Program-made: the position numbers and the translations under genes
The notes under the pieces: generated by a model
Seen by the model: only the letters and a program-made list of their open reading frames with translations
Databases searched by the model: none
Told to the model about the DNA's origin: nothing
Source of the DNA: Schizochytrium sp. TIO01
Lineage: Eukaryota; Protista; Bigyra: Labyrinthulomycetes
Length of the DNA stretch: 64,000 nucleotides
Reading direction: 5' to 3'
Assembly: GCA_004764695.1 (NCBI GenBank)
Contig: SMSO01000031.1
Coordinates: forward strand, 7,360,761 to 7,424,760
In this document: positions 9,401-19,663 of the stretch, piece by piece
Layout: each line of letters begins with the position of its first letter
How positions within the stretch are numbered: position 1 is the first letter of the stretch

Positions 9401-11969
9401 TGTCTTCAGGTTCACTCTTTGAATCTCTAGCACCTACAAATAACATTGTGCTGAGAAGCTGACTTCCACGACGCACTGCATTTGACCCAGCAGAACTTCT
9501 TCTGCGATGGCGAGAAAGAGTTTTGAGTGATAGGTCCTTCGATAGATCTCGCGCGTCAGATGATATTGGGTCAAAGTGCTCTAGATCCGAAATTTCACGC
9601 TCTAACTTCAGGTTGGTCTGCCAATAGTGATGCAAAATTGTTTGCTGTAAGGCCATAAAAATATCTGGCCGGGAGGTCCGCAAGCGAGCGATTTCCTGAC
9701 GAGAAATAGCAACAACAGCGCTCTTCTCAGAGTCTGCGATAATCTTATAACGTTGAATTGCATTTGTAAAAACAGCCATTTCATTAATGTATGCGCCCCT
9801 AGCATATGATCGAATCTTACGAACGTTGCTATCCCGATCTGTGAACGAAGCTGAAAACTTTCCTCTTTGCACAATATACAAAGCCTCAGCTGGAGTTCCG
9901 GGTTCACAGAGGACCTGATTCTTTCGTAAGACAATCCGCTTCACAAATTTCCAAAGCTCATGTCCGTAACCAATGTCTTTTAGTACTTCTTCGAGGGCAT
10001 CATGCTTTGCCTTGTTTTTAGCTAGATCGTGTAATTTGATCACAGGACGGAACTCAAGCCATCGTGATCGTACCAGGTGACTCCACTCTAGGAGTTGCTC
10101 TTCAATCCACTCAACTCCTAAGTCAAGATGATCAAATACTGCTGCAACAATATGTAAGACGCCTTCACGAAGCATTGACCGGATAATGTTCTCTTGAATT
10201 CCTGTGAATACAATCATGATTCGCTGTTGATGCAATATATTGACAATATTTTGGAATACTCCTATACCACTAAAGTCAATGCCATATACATTAGACCAAT
10301 CGAAAATAATGTACCTGCAGCGAGCTACGCTAGGCAAGTGCTTTTGATCTGCTAGGAATGATTTTGTAAAATCAAGAATTTGTCCTGCAGATCCGAAGAA
10401 GATGTAATTTTGCATCTGCACGATTGAATAGCGCTTACTCAAATGCGTAAGTTTAGCAGAATCTTTAACGCTACGAACCACCTTCGACTCGTAGTCACGG
10501 CCCTCAAAAAATGCCTTAACAACACCAATTCGGCCATATGTTAATGCAAAAATTATTGCAGCCAGGATTATGCCAACAATTACAGCAACGAGCAAACTTG
10601 TGAGAGCATTCACAATGACAATCGTCCATATTGCAAGAAATTCCTCTCTTGAGACACGATTCCAGCTCTTAATAAGGTTATCAACCACAAAACCGAGACC
10701 AGCGTAGATCAAAAGGCCACCCAAGAAAAATCTTGGCAAATAGTTAATCAGAGGGAATCCCGAGAAAAACATTATGGCATTAAATATGCCTGTTACAACA
10801 CCTGGGATTCGGCTATGCACGTTGTGAGTGATGCCATAATTCAAAGCTGTGAATTTGGTTTGTGAAAACGCTGGTACACTGAGACCAAATAAAGCGCTGG
10901 CAAGACACGACATGCCAGCCGTCTTCATTTCGTTGTCAAACGGAAAGTCAAATCCTATTGCTTTTTTGGTACCCGCAAGCTTGAGTAAATAATCAATAGT
11001 GACAATAAGTAACATTGCAGGGAGATCTTTAAAGGAGTATAACAACGCTCCTCCATCAACCTCTTGGAGGTTGAATGTATGGTAAACTGATGAAAACTGT
11101 CCGTTGCTAAACTCAGGATAAAACCAGCCTCCAGCACATGATGATGATAAAGTTGTGTTTACACATTGATCTCTGGCAACCTCGAGAGACGTCCCACTTG
11201 CGAAAAGAAACCCATAAAATAATGCTAGCGGAACAGCAAGAGTGACACAGATAGCAAAAGCAGGTTGGCGAACATGGTAAGCTTTGATGAGGTACAGACC
11301 AAAGCCGATAGGTAACGCAGGTAGAAACAATTTCCAAAACATAAATTTGTATGGTTTCTTGTAGTAGATATCTCCGCATGTTGTGGTGAGAGCCGCTTTC
11401 ATCACTTTGTATCCAATGCAGGCGAGAAACCCATTGAGAAGTGACGCCGGGAGGTACTGCACGATTCGTGTGAGTTTGAAATGCCCCAGAGCTAAGAAGA
11501 TGCTACCAATCAAAAGTGAGCATATACAGATAGCAAGGATCACCGTTGGGAGTATGGATTCAATTTCTGGCATATGGTCAGTGTCTGAACCAAGCTGAAT
11601 AGACTCCACAATCAATGCGAAAAAAAGGGCTGGGTTAATATCTGGACCAGCAATGGATGCTTTACATCCAGAAAAGGCTGCGTAGAATGCGCATCCAATC
11701 ATAACACTGAAAATTTGCATGGAAACTCCAGCAGGCAGAAAGTCTTTGAGAACTGTAGTATCATCACGTTGATCTTTGAATATTAAAATAGCAAAAACCC
11801 AGCAGAACACAAACATCAACAGCCCATTGATCAAACCTGATATAATCAGAGTTGTAAGGCCTGGAGTGTGCCATGTTTGCACTGCAGAAATTCGAAGGTT
11901 GTCAAGCACATGTCCTGAGTAGATGTGAGATGGGCTGGGCTTGACGTTACCCGCGTTCATGCTTTTCAT
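6453..11969 (-). CDS. SulP/SLC26-family transporter with STAS, three cyclic-nucleotide-binding-like domains and EF-hand-like regions
   Basis: About 12 hydrophobic segments with IAGPDINPA and LPASLLNGFLACIGY. STAS-like QNYIFFGSA...IIFDWSNVYGIDFSG. CNB-like repeats (LCEPGTPAEALYIVQRG; VCTEGSPVNSMLVVADG; IFKQGDVGDFLLVVLSG...GEIAFF...RSADV). EF-hand-like EADSSELGFISFNDW. The ORF track starts at TTG 11996; the first ATG is 11969. Confidence 0.9.
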   Translation of the reverse strand: MKSMNAGNVKPSPSHIYSGHVLDNLRISAVQTWHTPGLTTLIISGLINGLLMFVFCWVFAILIFKDQRDDTTVLKDFLPAGVSMQIFSVMIGCAFYAAFSGCKASIAGPDINPALFFALIVESIQLGSDTDHMPEIESILPTVILAICICSLLIGSIFLALGHFKLTRIVQYLPASLLNGFLACIGYKVMKAALTTTCGDIYYKKPYKFMFWKLFLPALPIGFGLYLIKAYHVRQPAFAICVTLAVPLALFYGFLFASGTSLEVARDQCVNTTLSSSCAGGWFYPEFSNGQFSSVYHTFNLQEVDGGALLYSFKDLPAMLLIVTIDYLLKLAGTKKAIGFDFPFDNEMKTAGMSCLASALFGLSVPAFSQTKFTALNYGITHNVHSRIPGVVTGIFNAIMFFSGFPLINYLPRFFLGGLLIYAGLGFVVDNLIKSWNRVSREEFLAIWTIVIVNALTSLLVAVIVGIILAAIIFALTYGRIGVVKAFFEGRDYESKVVRSVKDSAKLTHLSKRYSIVQMQNYIFFGSAGQILDFTKSFLADQKHLPSVARCRYIIFDWSNVYGIDFSGIGVFQNIVNILHQQRIMIVFTGIQENIIRSMLREGVLHIVAAVFDHLDLGVEWIEEQLLEWSHLVRSRWLEFRPVIKLHDLAKNKAKHDALEEVLKDIGYGHELWKFVKRIVLRKNQVLCEPGTPAEALYIVQRGKFSASFTDRDSNVRKIRSYARGAYINEMAVFTNAIQRYKIIADSEKSAVVAISRQEIARLRTSRPDIFMALQQTILHHYWQTNLKLEREISDLEHFDPISSDARDLSKDLSLKTLSRHRRRSSAGSNAVRRGSQLLSTMLFVGARDSKSEPEDISAQVENENAEKRDSNEKITSQKRLQRSHLFGEEEDVRVQESGLAFLHAIVDLVTKQEDRDLLKEELLRAGTSSSTGQSLDTLFEDSTTGLELLHGRPDIVNLFVYGANFKGQEMVLNRGISEEEDDAHCHDSEQLGPPNLQPEFTCRLSKKQEAECRAVFNSYAADKFVLTTQIAHMLQDTGYYISQKDAALLLHSKIRGAERTDVTTNHENPHFAIANFLHSVGKDDLMRRIDTTKVSRTDQLQIITLFLSNTAVFADLEVSFPGFLEKIAERSELLLFHKGEFVCTEGSPVNSMLVVADGMVNVRKGESKRTMHASQSPIIFGEDLVFLPPNEIGVFSSSVEVLSKQVLVIEVFRHMVQRLLPKEHHKCRQLQDRAIRVKIEQEKRFRLPGRRKLESVIQQQQKAPFGARYRALASIDLFKESVQADQYLISRVAAESELVEFKQDSYIFKQGDVGDFLLVVLSGDVNVRIKMDNGVIHTHRMNFDSSKGGYVLGEIAFFSRRFERSADVIVQSENLIALKLSRASLHSIFESTHIIWFLIRQRAQQLIKEKDAAQQPGNATTTVGGKLKNLGAQTYRLLRVDTQAPSDPTLTQKALSEATLAPDESLIAENTLDSTASRGGAVSPQIDGEWKADMHVSESDFLNIFAHLTFYPLHSSHLSVIRKVFEQYSTAPMHRHSHVYNKSTKSERVDEVYPEGCITLSNLSAMLEDAGLILEDKMLITVMEEWQITDARGYLEPALSFTSFLSIIASAVKKQRLLIEVEATYKLILGTDKTMQEKLQKLLESENHAKPLEEKWKSFALQGIGITAQQIQRAWLEFLDIEVSPEAAQEMVFEADSSELGFISFNDWLASINSVHQIELEGADNFERFEAQMMNMNLNTSFDQSKMSLYQRESSNQSLVSSMLNSGRNSSLAPEVGSTMLSTITKRIASLGNAALATDSIRIASTRRNSGRKVAPEPSRQSDQSPTLAFQSPQINQ

Positions 11970-12389
11970 ATGGGGCTTTGTACCGTGAGATGACAAGCTT
12001 TACAAGCCTGCGAAGGCTAGTAAAACACACGAGGTTCTTCAGGGGAAAAGCTCACTGATTAGGCGAATTGATGATCTAAGCTTGCTGTGATGTCGACGTT
12101 AACGAAGATTGCTACAAAGTAGTTCGTAGTCATAACCCTTTCTAGTCAGCGTCGTGCGCTGCTGCCACACTGTTTTGCCTGTTGCTGAGATTTCACTCTC
12201 AGAAGTTTGTTCAGTCTTTACAAAATTCTCTTCAAATCTGAATTGTAAGTTCACTCTCACTGTAGCTCCTTCGAACATATGCTGTGCGAAGATTTTACTT
12301 ATTCAACGAGGCCGTGTTGCGTTCATTAATAAATTTATATGACGGTTAATCAAGCGGGAAGAGAGCCGTTAATTGAACTTTTTGTCTCC

Positions 12390-12414
12390 TATATATATAT
12401 ATATATATATATAT
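12390..12414. repeat. (TA)n microsatellite
   Basis: Direct observation. Confidence 0.95.
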
Positions 12415-13406
12415 TTAAAATAAATTAATCAAGTAGTATGTCTCTAATACTATCACATGCTAACATTAATTGAACTAGTTTTGAAAGAGTGCAGATAAAA
12501 TTAAAATAATTGAAAGTAGATAGAAGGTAAGTAGGTAGTGTAAGTTGTAGGTAGTCAAATTCAGTACCTATTTGGTCCTGAAAGGGTGCTCTATTATATT
12601 TTGTATTCCAGTAAAGTGTTCAAATACATAATTTTTGGAAAATCAAAAGTTTAAGCTGAGAGGATTTCAATTGCTGAGATCTGAATTATCGAGCATCTGC
12701 GCGAATGGATCACAAGGTTGCATTGGGGAAGAAGGAAAACATTGATAAAGTTTTCTTATTGTTTGTCCTGTTCTTAATAGGTAGGTAGGTATATATAAAG
12801 TTTAATCAAATTAAAAAGAGGTCACAGCGTTTTCTTCCATGAGATAACCTACATATCTATTTATTAGGATGACGCAAAGACAATTCTCAAATTGAGTGAC
12901 ATTGAACGAGAGGTTTTATTAAGATTCCCTGTGCCTAGCAGATATTGATAAATTTCATAGTCTTATTCAAAGCAATATATATTGACCGATTGACAGGCGA
13001 GCGTAGAGCCAAACGGAGAAAAATTAACCGCAGTATACCGCAACTGAACCGTTTTGATTTTAGCGTTCCACAATTGAGGTTCATACAATTCCTTTGTTTT
13101 ATTTACTTTTCCTTAGCTTATTTGGAAAGAAATGGATGACGACATGGTTCGAATAAAGGAAAGTCATTACCCACTTGAAGCTCTTAAACAATTTGATTGT
13201 ACCAGTAACTCGCAATTTACGTATCGCAGGAAAAAGGAGAATTAATTGTATAAAGTCGGTGACAGGGTTTGCAACAACAGTAGAGGGTGGGGTGATGGGC
13301 TGTGGGCGATAGGTACACGAAATCTGGATGAAGACATGTTACCTAGGGAAATAGGCGTAAAATACAAAAAATGCACCGTCAACAAAAAAAAGAAGTCGTA
13401 CTGAAG

Positions 13407-14027
13407 TCAACAAGGTGAACTCCTATCAGTTGATACAGAATGAGTCTCGAGGATATCCAGCGCCTTTAAAATGTCTGTCACCTCAAAAGCCTCGGCGGGG
13501 TCAACCTTAAAGGCACAAACGCCACAAGTGTGTGAAGCATCTGTCACAATACTGTCTACATCATCAAAAAATAGAATCTCACGAGGATGTGTGGCAAAGT
13601 GCTCGCATAATTCACGCATATGATAACGCTTATGTAGGAACGCCTCATCATTTCCTTCCACATGAACGCGCGGGTTATAGGCTACAATTTTAAAGCGACT
13701 AACGATCTCTTCGGGGAAAACGTGTTGAAGAACAGCTAAGGCAAGATCATCCCCGAGAACATGTGTGCTTCTAGTTATAGTACTGCTTGCCTCAGCTAAG
13801 TCCGAGTGTGTCGCAAGGGCAACTCCAATGCCTTTGTCCAGCAGGGCCGGGATGAGAGCCACAAAATCAGGTTTAATCTTGCCAAGGTACTCTGATAATG
13901 GATCCCCCCTTGCAAGGCGCCCATGTGAATGGGCCCCGACTGCAGTTTGATCCATGTCAAAGGCTACTACCTTTATTCCAACATCCTGAACCCGTTGAGC
14001 AATCTCCCGCATATTTTTACTCGACAT
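13407..14027 (-). CDS. HAD-superfamily hydrolase/phosphatase
   Basis: Motif I VVAFDMDQT, motif II LATHSD, motif III Lys in HKRYHM, motif IV ILFFDD. Start is ATG 14027 or ATG 14012; the ORF-track start at 14072 is a TTG. Confidence 0.85.
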   Translation of the reverse strand: MSSKNMREIAQRVQDVGIKVVAFDMDQTAVGAHSHGRLARGDPLSEYLGKIKPDFVALIPALLDKGIGVALATHSDLAEASSTITRSTHVLGDDLALAVLQHVFPEEIVSRFKIVAYNPRVHVEGNDEAFLHKRYHMRELCEHFATHPREILFFDDVDSIVTDASHTCGVCAFKVDPAEAFEVTDILKALDILETHSVSTDRSSPC

Positions 14028-16365
14028 CTCGCTGAATTTCAGCCAGAAATGCGTCCACGTCAAGTTCGCCAACTTCGTCGTTACCAGCAGGTTTATCTTT
14101 GCGATTCTTAGACTTCTTTCTTTTCTTTTTCTTGGCCTGATGAGCTGGATCTGTGGCTGAAGATCTAAACTCTGAACGCTTTGCTATATCTTCGTTATCC
14201 TTGCTATGTGTTTGGGTTTTCTTTGCTATATAATTCGTCAAGCAGGATCTAATGTCTTGCAGCTCCGTGCTAGAGATGACAGGTGGGGGCTTGGCCAGAG
14301 TATGAGTGCTTCCCCTGTGGGCTTCCACCGCTATCTCGCGATCTCCTTGAGCTGTCACCGATTGTGTGCTCGCCTTTTGTTTCTCTTCTTCCCGTTGGGC
14401 GTCTGGTCTTTTCTCTTGTCGATGTTGTCTTAACCTTTTTTCTACTCGTTCGGGCACGACACTGTCCTTTTCAATTGCCTCGTCTTCTGCCGCTGGTAGT
14501 GTTGCTGTAGTGACTTGTCTTGAGCGAGAGTCCTTTCGTGTTTGGACTTGAGACTTGGCTGCGCGTGCCTTAGTATCACCACGTTTTCCTTTTCTTTTTA
14601 CCTCCGTTTCTGCCCGAATGTCTGCTAAAAAGGCGTCCACGTCCAACACCTCCCCAGCTGAGAATAGGCCTTCGAGGTGGCTCTTTGGGGACTTCCTCTT
14701 GCTCTTTTGCCCGCTGGCACTTCTGTCCTTGGACTTCCCAATTGTTGAGATTGTGCTACTAACCTTCTCAGTGCTAACTTTTCTTTTAGTCACACTTGAC
14801 TTCGCTGATAATTGTGAAATCGATGAGGTTGGTAAGCTGTGCGTCAGTGTAGCTTTTTCTTGATGTTCTTTATTGGATGTTCTCTGTATCGTGGTAGTTT
14901 TACGTAACTTTTTATTTGGCGGAACCCTTGGCGGAGCCCTTGGCTTCAGCTTCAGCTGTTTCTTAAAATCTGCAGCTGTGACAGATTTGTTATTATCTAG
15001 AGTTTCAGTAATGCTGGTAGGTCCAATCAGCTGCATAAATCGTGCGAGTTCCTCGCGGTCATCGTTTTCATTATCAGAGCTGGAGTCCGAGCTTGAAGAT
15101 GACGAAGACGATAGCGTTGGACCTGCATGGCCTGTGCTTGAAGTTGAGAAGGCTCCTGACTTATTCTCATTAGACATCAGTGTAGTAGTGGATGAGGAGA
15201 TCGAGGAATCCACAATTCTATTTTTATTTGTGGCAGGTGTTGAGGCAATAGTGGTTCTGTGGTGCACCTTTGAGACTACTCTCTTCTGCCGTGGTTTTCT
15301 CCGCACTCTACTAGCCTGTTGCATAATCGCTTCGACTATATCTCTGGAAGTCCAACCGAGTAGCGGCACATCTTCTGGAATTGAGATTCTAGATTGTAAA
15401 CGCTCAGTTCTTGGGGGTCTTGCCTGGTCTCTCTGCAAAAGTGCTGGTGGTGGCGGAGCTTTAAAGGACTTATGGTATTCGCATTCCAATCCTTCAGATC
15501 TCTCCAGATTCGGTTGCACAATTCTTGGCGCGTTTTGCACCGCCTGAAGCCACAAATGCGTTGCTTCAGCAGTACTTTCATCTAGCTCTTTAACGCGTCT
15601 TAAAGATTCCTCGTCGCATTCATTGACAACCATCCTCCACAAACTTTGATTCAAACCTGTCTCCACTAGTACCTTTCCAAGCTCCATTCTTTCACCTTCG
15701 TGCAAGCTTTCTACTTCCTCGCCAAATTCACTTCCCATTCCCAATTTACTCTTCGTTAACCAATCTCCATTTTCACCATTTTCGCCCTCTTTGATGGAGC
15801 TAAGATTGGTCTCTGAATTAGATGTTTGTGCTGATGCCAGTCTCGGCTGGGTTGTAGTGTTCAAACTAAATTTGGTCTCCTCACACCTTCTGAGCAGCTC
15901 TAGCTCCTCCTCAGACAGCAGGCTTGTCTCCGGCACAAGAAAACCGCCTTCAAACAGTGCTTGGAGTGCAGTTGCAGCATCCTCTGAGCCCATGGATGCT
16001 GCCTCGCTTGCAACTCCTGCGAGCGCTCTCAACAGATGTGGCGCTCCAGATATGGGTTCTGCAGGTTCGACAGTTTGTGTGGATGCAGCAAGCACCATCG
16101 CGAAGAGCGCTCCAGCGCGACGCTCCAGCGGAGCTGGCAGGAGCGTATGTCGGGCGAGGACCGCGAAGAGAGCCCTGGAAACTGCTCGGGCGGTAAACTG
16201 AACTTGAGCTCGGGTGCGGTTGGCCGCCATGCAAGTCGTAGCAAGGTGATGGATCTGGCCGAAGTCTAACACGTGCCAGCACTCGCAGAAGTCTGACCAA
16301 GACAAAGACCGGCGCCTAGCAAACTCGTTTAAAAGAGCATCAACCTGCCATGCTAGAGAACTCAT
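14017..16365 (-). CDS. SNAPC1: snRNA-activating protein complex subunit 1 (SNAP43)-like N-terminal domain with long low-complexity tail (782 aa)
   Basis: VDALLNEF...DFCECWHVLDFGQIH...LLPAPLERRAGALFAMVLAASTQ...DAATALQAL aligns by eye with human SNAPC1 (EALLSRF..DFTELWRNMKFGTIF..FLPPYTFQIRVGALYLLYGLYNTQ..DAAYIFRKL). The tail is S/K/E-rich with NLS-like basic runs. Confidence 0.75.
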   Translation of the reverse strand: MSSLAWQVDALLNEFARRRSLSWSDFCECWHVLDFGQIHHLATTCMAANRTRAQVQFTARAVSRALFAVLARHTLLPAPLERRAGALFAMVLAASTQTVEPAEPISGAPHLLRALAGVASEAASMGSEDAATALQALFEGGFLVPETSLLSEEELELLRRCEETKFSLNTTTQPRLASAQTSNSETNLSSIKEGENGENGDWLTKSKLGMGSEFGEEVESLHEGERMELGKVLVETGLNQSLWRMVVNECDEESLRRVKELDESTAEATHLWLQAVQNAPRIVQPNLERSEGLECEYHKSFKAPPPPALLQRDQARPPRTERLQSRISIPEDVPLLGWTSRDIVEAIMQQASRVRRKPRQKRVVSKVHHRTTIASTPATNKNRIVDSSISSSTTTLMSNENKSGAFSTSSTGHAGPTLSSSSSSSSDSSSDNENDDREELARFMQLIGPTSITETLDNNKSVTAADFKKQLKLKPRAPPRVPPNKKLRKTTTIQRTSNKEHQEKATLTHSLPTSSISQLSAKSSVTKRKVSTEKVSSTISTIGKSKDRSASGQKSKRKSPKSHLEGLFSAGEVLDVDAFLADIRAETEVKRKGKRGDTKARAAKSQVQTRKDSRSRQVTTATLPAAEDEAIEKDSVVPERVEKRLRQHRQEKRPDAQREEEKQKASTQSVTAQGDREIAVEAHRGSTHTLAKPPPVISSTELQDIRSCLTNYIAKKTQTHSKDNEDIAKRSEFRSSATDPAHQAKKKKRKKSKNRKDKPAGNDEVGELDVDAFLAEIQRDVE

Positions 16366-16913
16366 CCTGCTAAAGGTATTGCCTCCGGCTTGGGCAGATT
16401 CGGCTTGGAAGCACGAATCGACGCCAAAAACGATATGCTCAAAATATTAATTTTCTCACTTTAAAAGTTCACAGATAAAAGAACTTGGACCCCAATACAG
16501 GTACAGCACCAGATGGTTCTATACTCCTGTTCCAGATTGCCATGTACTAAGTAGTACACAGTGCCGCGTTAGATTGCCAATGTTGTATTGTTTTTGTGTC
16601 ATATTTCCGCAAACCTGAGAGTGAATTTACCTTTTTCATGTATGCAAAACTAGCCCCAATCGGCATAATTAAAGGTTCAATCAAATCGTCAATCAAATGA
16701 AAAATTGACCAATCAACATTGATTGATTAGTTGGAAAACGCCCTTGCGAGGCCTCGAGCGATCATACGACTCGCTCGACATCTGCCGTACGGGTTAGCAT
16801 CTAGCAGAGTAGCAAGACTCAGGCTCCTGAACCAGCTTTAGTTAGCCTGGTGAAGTGACCGGGTCTTGCTGTTGTTTCTTTTTTGGTGGTTCGTAGCAGA
16901 GCAGACACAAGAC

Positions 16914-19161
16914 ATGAGCATGTCGCAGCCTCAGAACGATGCTGTTGCGCAAAGCGGAAGCAACGCGCAGGCAGCCACGGATGCTGGTGCTGATGCTGCT
17001 GTGGAAATTAAACAAACCTCGAATGCGGAGTCTTCTGTGGTGCTTGGTGACGAGAAGGCGCTGATGCCACGCGAGGGTATTCCCAAGAATGTGAAATCTG
17101 CGGCAGAACTAAGGCGCCAGAAGATGTCCTTTCAAAAGAAAACACCAGGTGTCATTGAAGAGCAGGAGTGGTTCGTTGCTTGTAACGAGGCTGGGTCCCA
17201 CGAGCTTGTGCAAGCTGTCAAAAATGGGTAAGTTGTGATCTGGAGTGCGCAAAAAGCAGTCCGTATTTCTTAACCAAGAGATACCAATATCTTATTCCTT
17301 TGGGGTGGCATTGCTGTCATCCAGCAATGACACACAGCTCATGTCGAAGATCATGTATACATACCAGAATCTTGCGATAGGATGGGGGAAAACTGACTTT
17401 TATATTTGAAAAATAATGTACCCACATTTAACGCGCGACCACAGCCGCATGCCTGTGAATCAGTGCACAGTGATGACAGAGGACCTTGTCGGCTTTAGGT
17501 ATGGTGAATGTTTTGATCTAAAGCTCCTTGAGGGTGAGACACGAAGCAATTTGCTTGCCGACTCAATTTTCACGCCGCGCTTCACTGCAGAGAAAGAGAA
17601 ACGCTTTACGATTCTTGGCAAAGTTTACAAGGGCCATGTGAACACAGCAAAAAAACAAAAGAAGCAAGCTGGGGCCACGGCTGCTTCGAAACCCAACGAA
17701 GAACACCCGTCATGGGCGGTGTTTTCGCCTGTTAAGTGCGATAATACTGTCGGCTGCCTTCCCCAGGCATCAAGCGCCGAGCTTGCCCTGCGCCGTGTCC
17801 AACTTCTTGAAGCACTTCATGAAGTCGAAGATGATCTTGGCATGGGTCGAACTCTCCCCAGTGATGCTGAACAAGTTTCGAGTGTCAAAATGCGGACTAA
17901 CGAGCACCTTGTCGATGTTGGCCGTACAAACGAACCCTCTTTAGAAGAAATGGAGCGTATGCGTGCAACAATGACTGAAGAGGAGATTATTCAAAAGTTG
18001 ACAACAACAAGTGAAAGTTTTGCCAACAAAACTGAATACTCTCAGGAGAAGTTTCGACGTGGTAAATTGCAAAAGCATTCTAGAAAGATGCGCATTCTCC
18101 CTGTTAACGGAATTACTATTGGCGCTACTTTATGGAACACGGTGTCTGAGACAGGTATCAAGTTTGCAAACTTCCGCTTTCGAGATGTCTTGCCCCAAGT
18201 CTTGGCCATGGGAAACGTTCAAGCTGGCGCCCGGCCTTTGGTAGTTGATTCCACAGAAGGTATTATCATTGGTGCTATGCTAGAGCGTATGGGAGGCTTT
18301 GGGCGCCTTTACTCTGGACATTTTGACACTGGTTGGAGCGACCTGCGTATGCTCCAGTTCTTTAACCCTAGTCCTGAACAAATTTCATGCCTCCGGGAGG
18401 TCAACCTTTCCGAGCTTGTGCAAGATTTTACTGGTGAAGAGCCCCTTGTTACCCTCGAGAGCAAATTGAATCGGCTGCTTGAGCAGCACAGCAAGATTGA
18501 AGAGCGTTTAAAGTCTCTGAACGACCAGATCATCGGAGCTGCTGCGTCCTCTGCCGCTGCCGTTTCTGAACAGCAAGATGAGGCTACTGTATCTGCTGTT
18601 GAAGAGCGCTCAACCCTTGAAAAGAACTTGCGGGCTGTTCGCATGACTATTCGCGGTACAAGGAGTAAACTGCCAACGAAGGCTGCAGATGCACAGGAAA
18701 ACAAGGAAATCTTTGATGAGCTTCGTGCAGCACAAGCCACAAGCCTTATTCTTGTCACAAAGTATGAGATCAGGCGCAGTTTTCTCAACCTCTTGCCTTA
18801 TATTCGTCCGGGTGCACCGTTCGTGATCTTCAGTGAGGTCATTGATCCCCTCGTCGAGTTGCGCGAGGAGATTGCCAACAAACTCGCCGTTGGCCTTGCA
18901 ATTACTGAAACTTTCTGTCGCGAGCAGCAAGTATTACCAAGTCGTACACACCCGTTGATGAATATGAGCGGACGCAGTGGCTTCTTACTCTCAGGACATA
19001 AGATCGATCCAGAATCAGATCAAGTACGCCTTGTTCACGTCCGTGCTCGCCATCTCGGCGCATACAAGAATGCGAATAAGTCAGACAAGGAGGCTGCAAA
19101 GGAGGATGATAATAACGAAGATGACAACAACGCCATGGAAACGGCTAGCAATGACGCTTAG
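16914..19161 (+). CDS. TRM6: tRNA m1A58 methyltransferase non-catalytic subunit (2 exons: 16914-17227, 17445-19161)
   Basis: SESFANKTEYSQEKFRRGKLQKH and REQQVLPSRTHPLMNMSGRSGFLLSG are Gcd10/TRM6 signatures. Intron GTAAGT(17228)...CACAG(17444) joins in frame (KNG|RMP). Confidence 0.92.
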
Positions 19162-19663
19162 ATAAGACCTGCGAAGTTACTCTACCAAGCGCAAGTTTTT
19201 CAAACCTCTGGTTTGCTAGAGTCAAGATAACGCCAGGCAGGCAATAAATTTCCCTTCCCTTGCAACTGGCATGTTCAATTATGACGAGTGTCAATTCCTT
19301 CTGAAGAGCAAACGTCTAGATAAACATGCCCTTATTCTTAGCACACACTGTCAAACGCGCGCGGGGGGGGGGGGAGGGGAATAATGCTGAAGCAAGAGCC
19401 CTAATTTCAAGTAGTAGTACTATTTTGCTAATGATGAACGTCAGAAGATGTATTGTTATTTTTGCAATTTGTGCTTTCTGAGTCGCTTGTTTACTTTCCT
19501 TGTTCAAAGTTGCTCACTGCGTGAGCGCAAGGACTGAGGATACCTGCTTCGGCAAGCACGTTAAAAAAAGAGAAGTGGTATCTACGTTGTTCTATGTAGT
19601 TAGTAAACCCCGTTTCCCCACAATGAATATGAACCGCTTTTGATATAGGTCTTCTAGCTGAGC

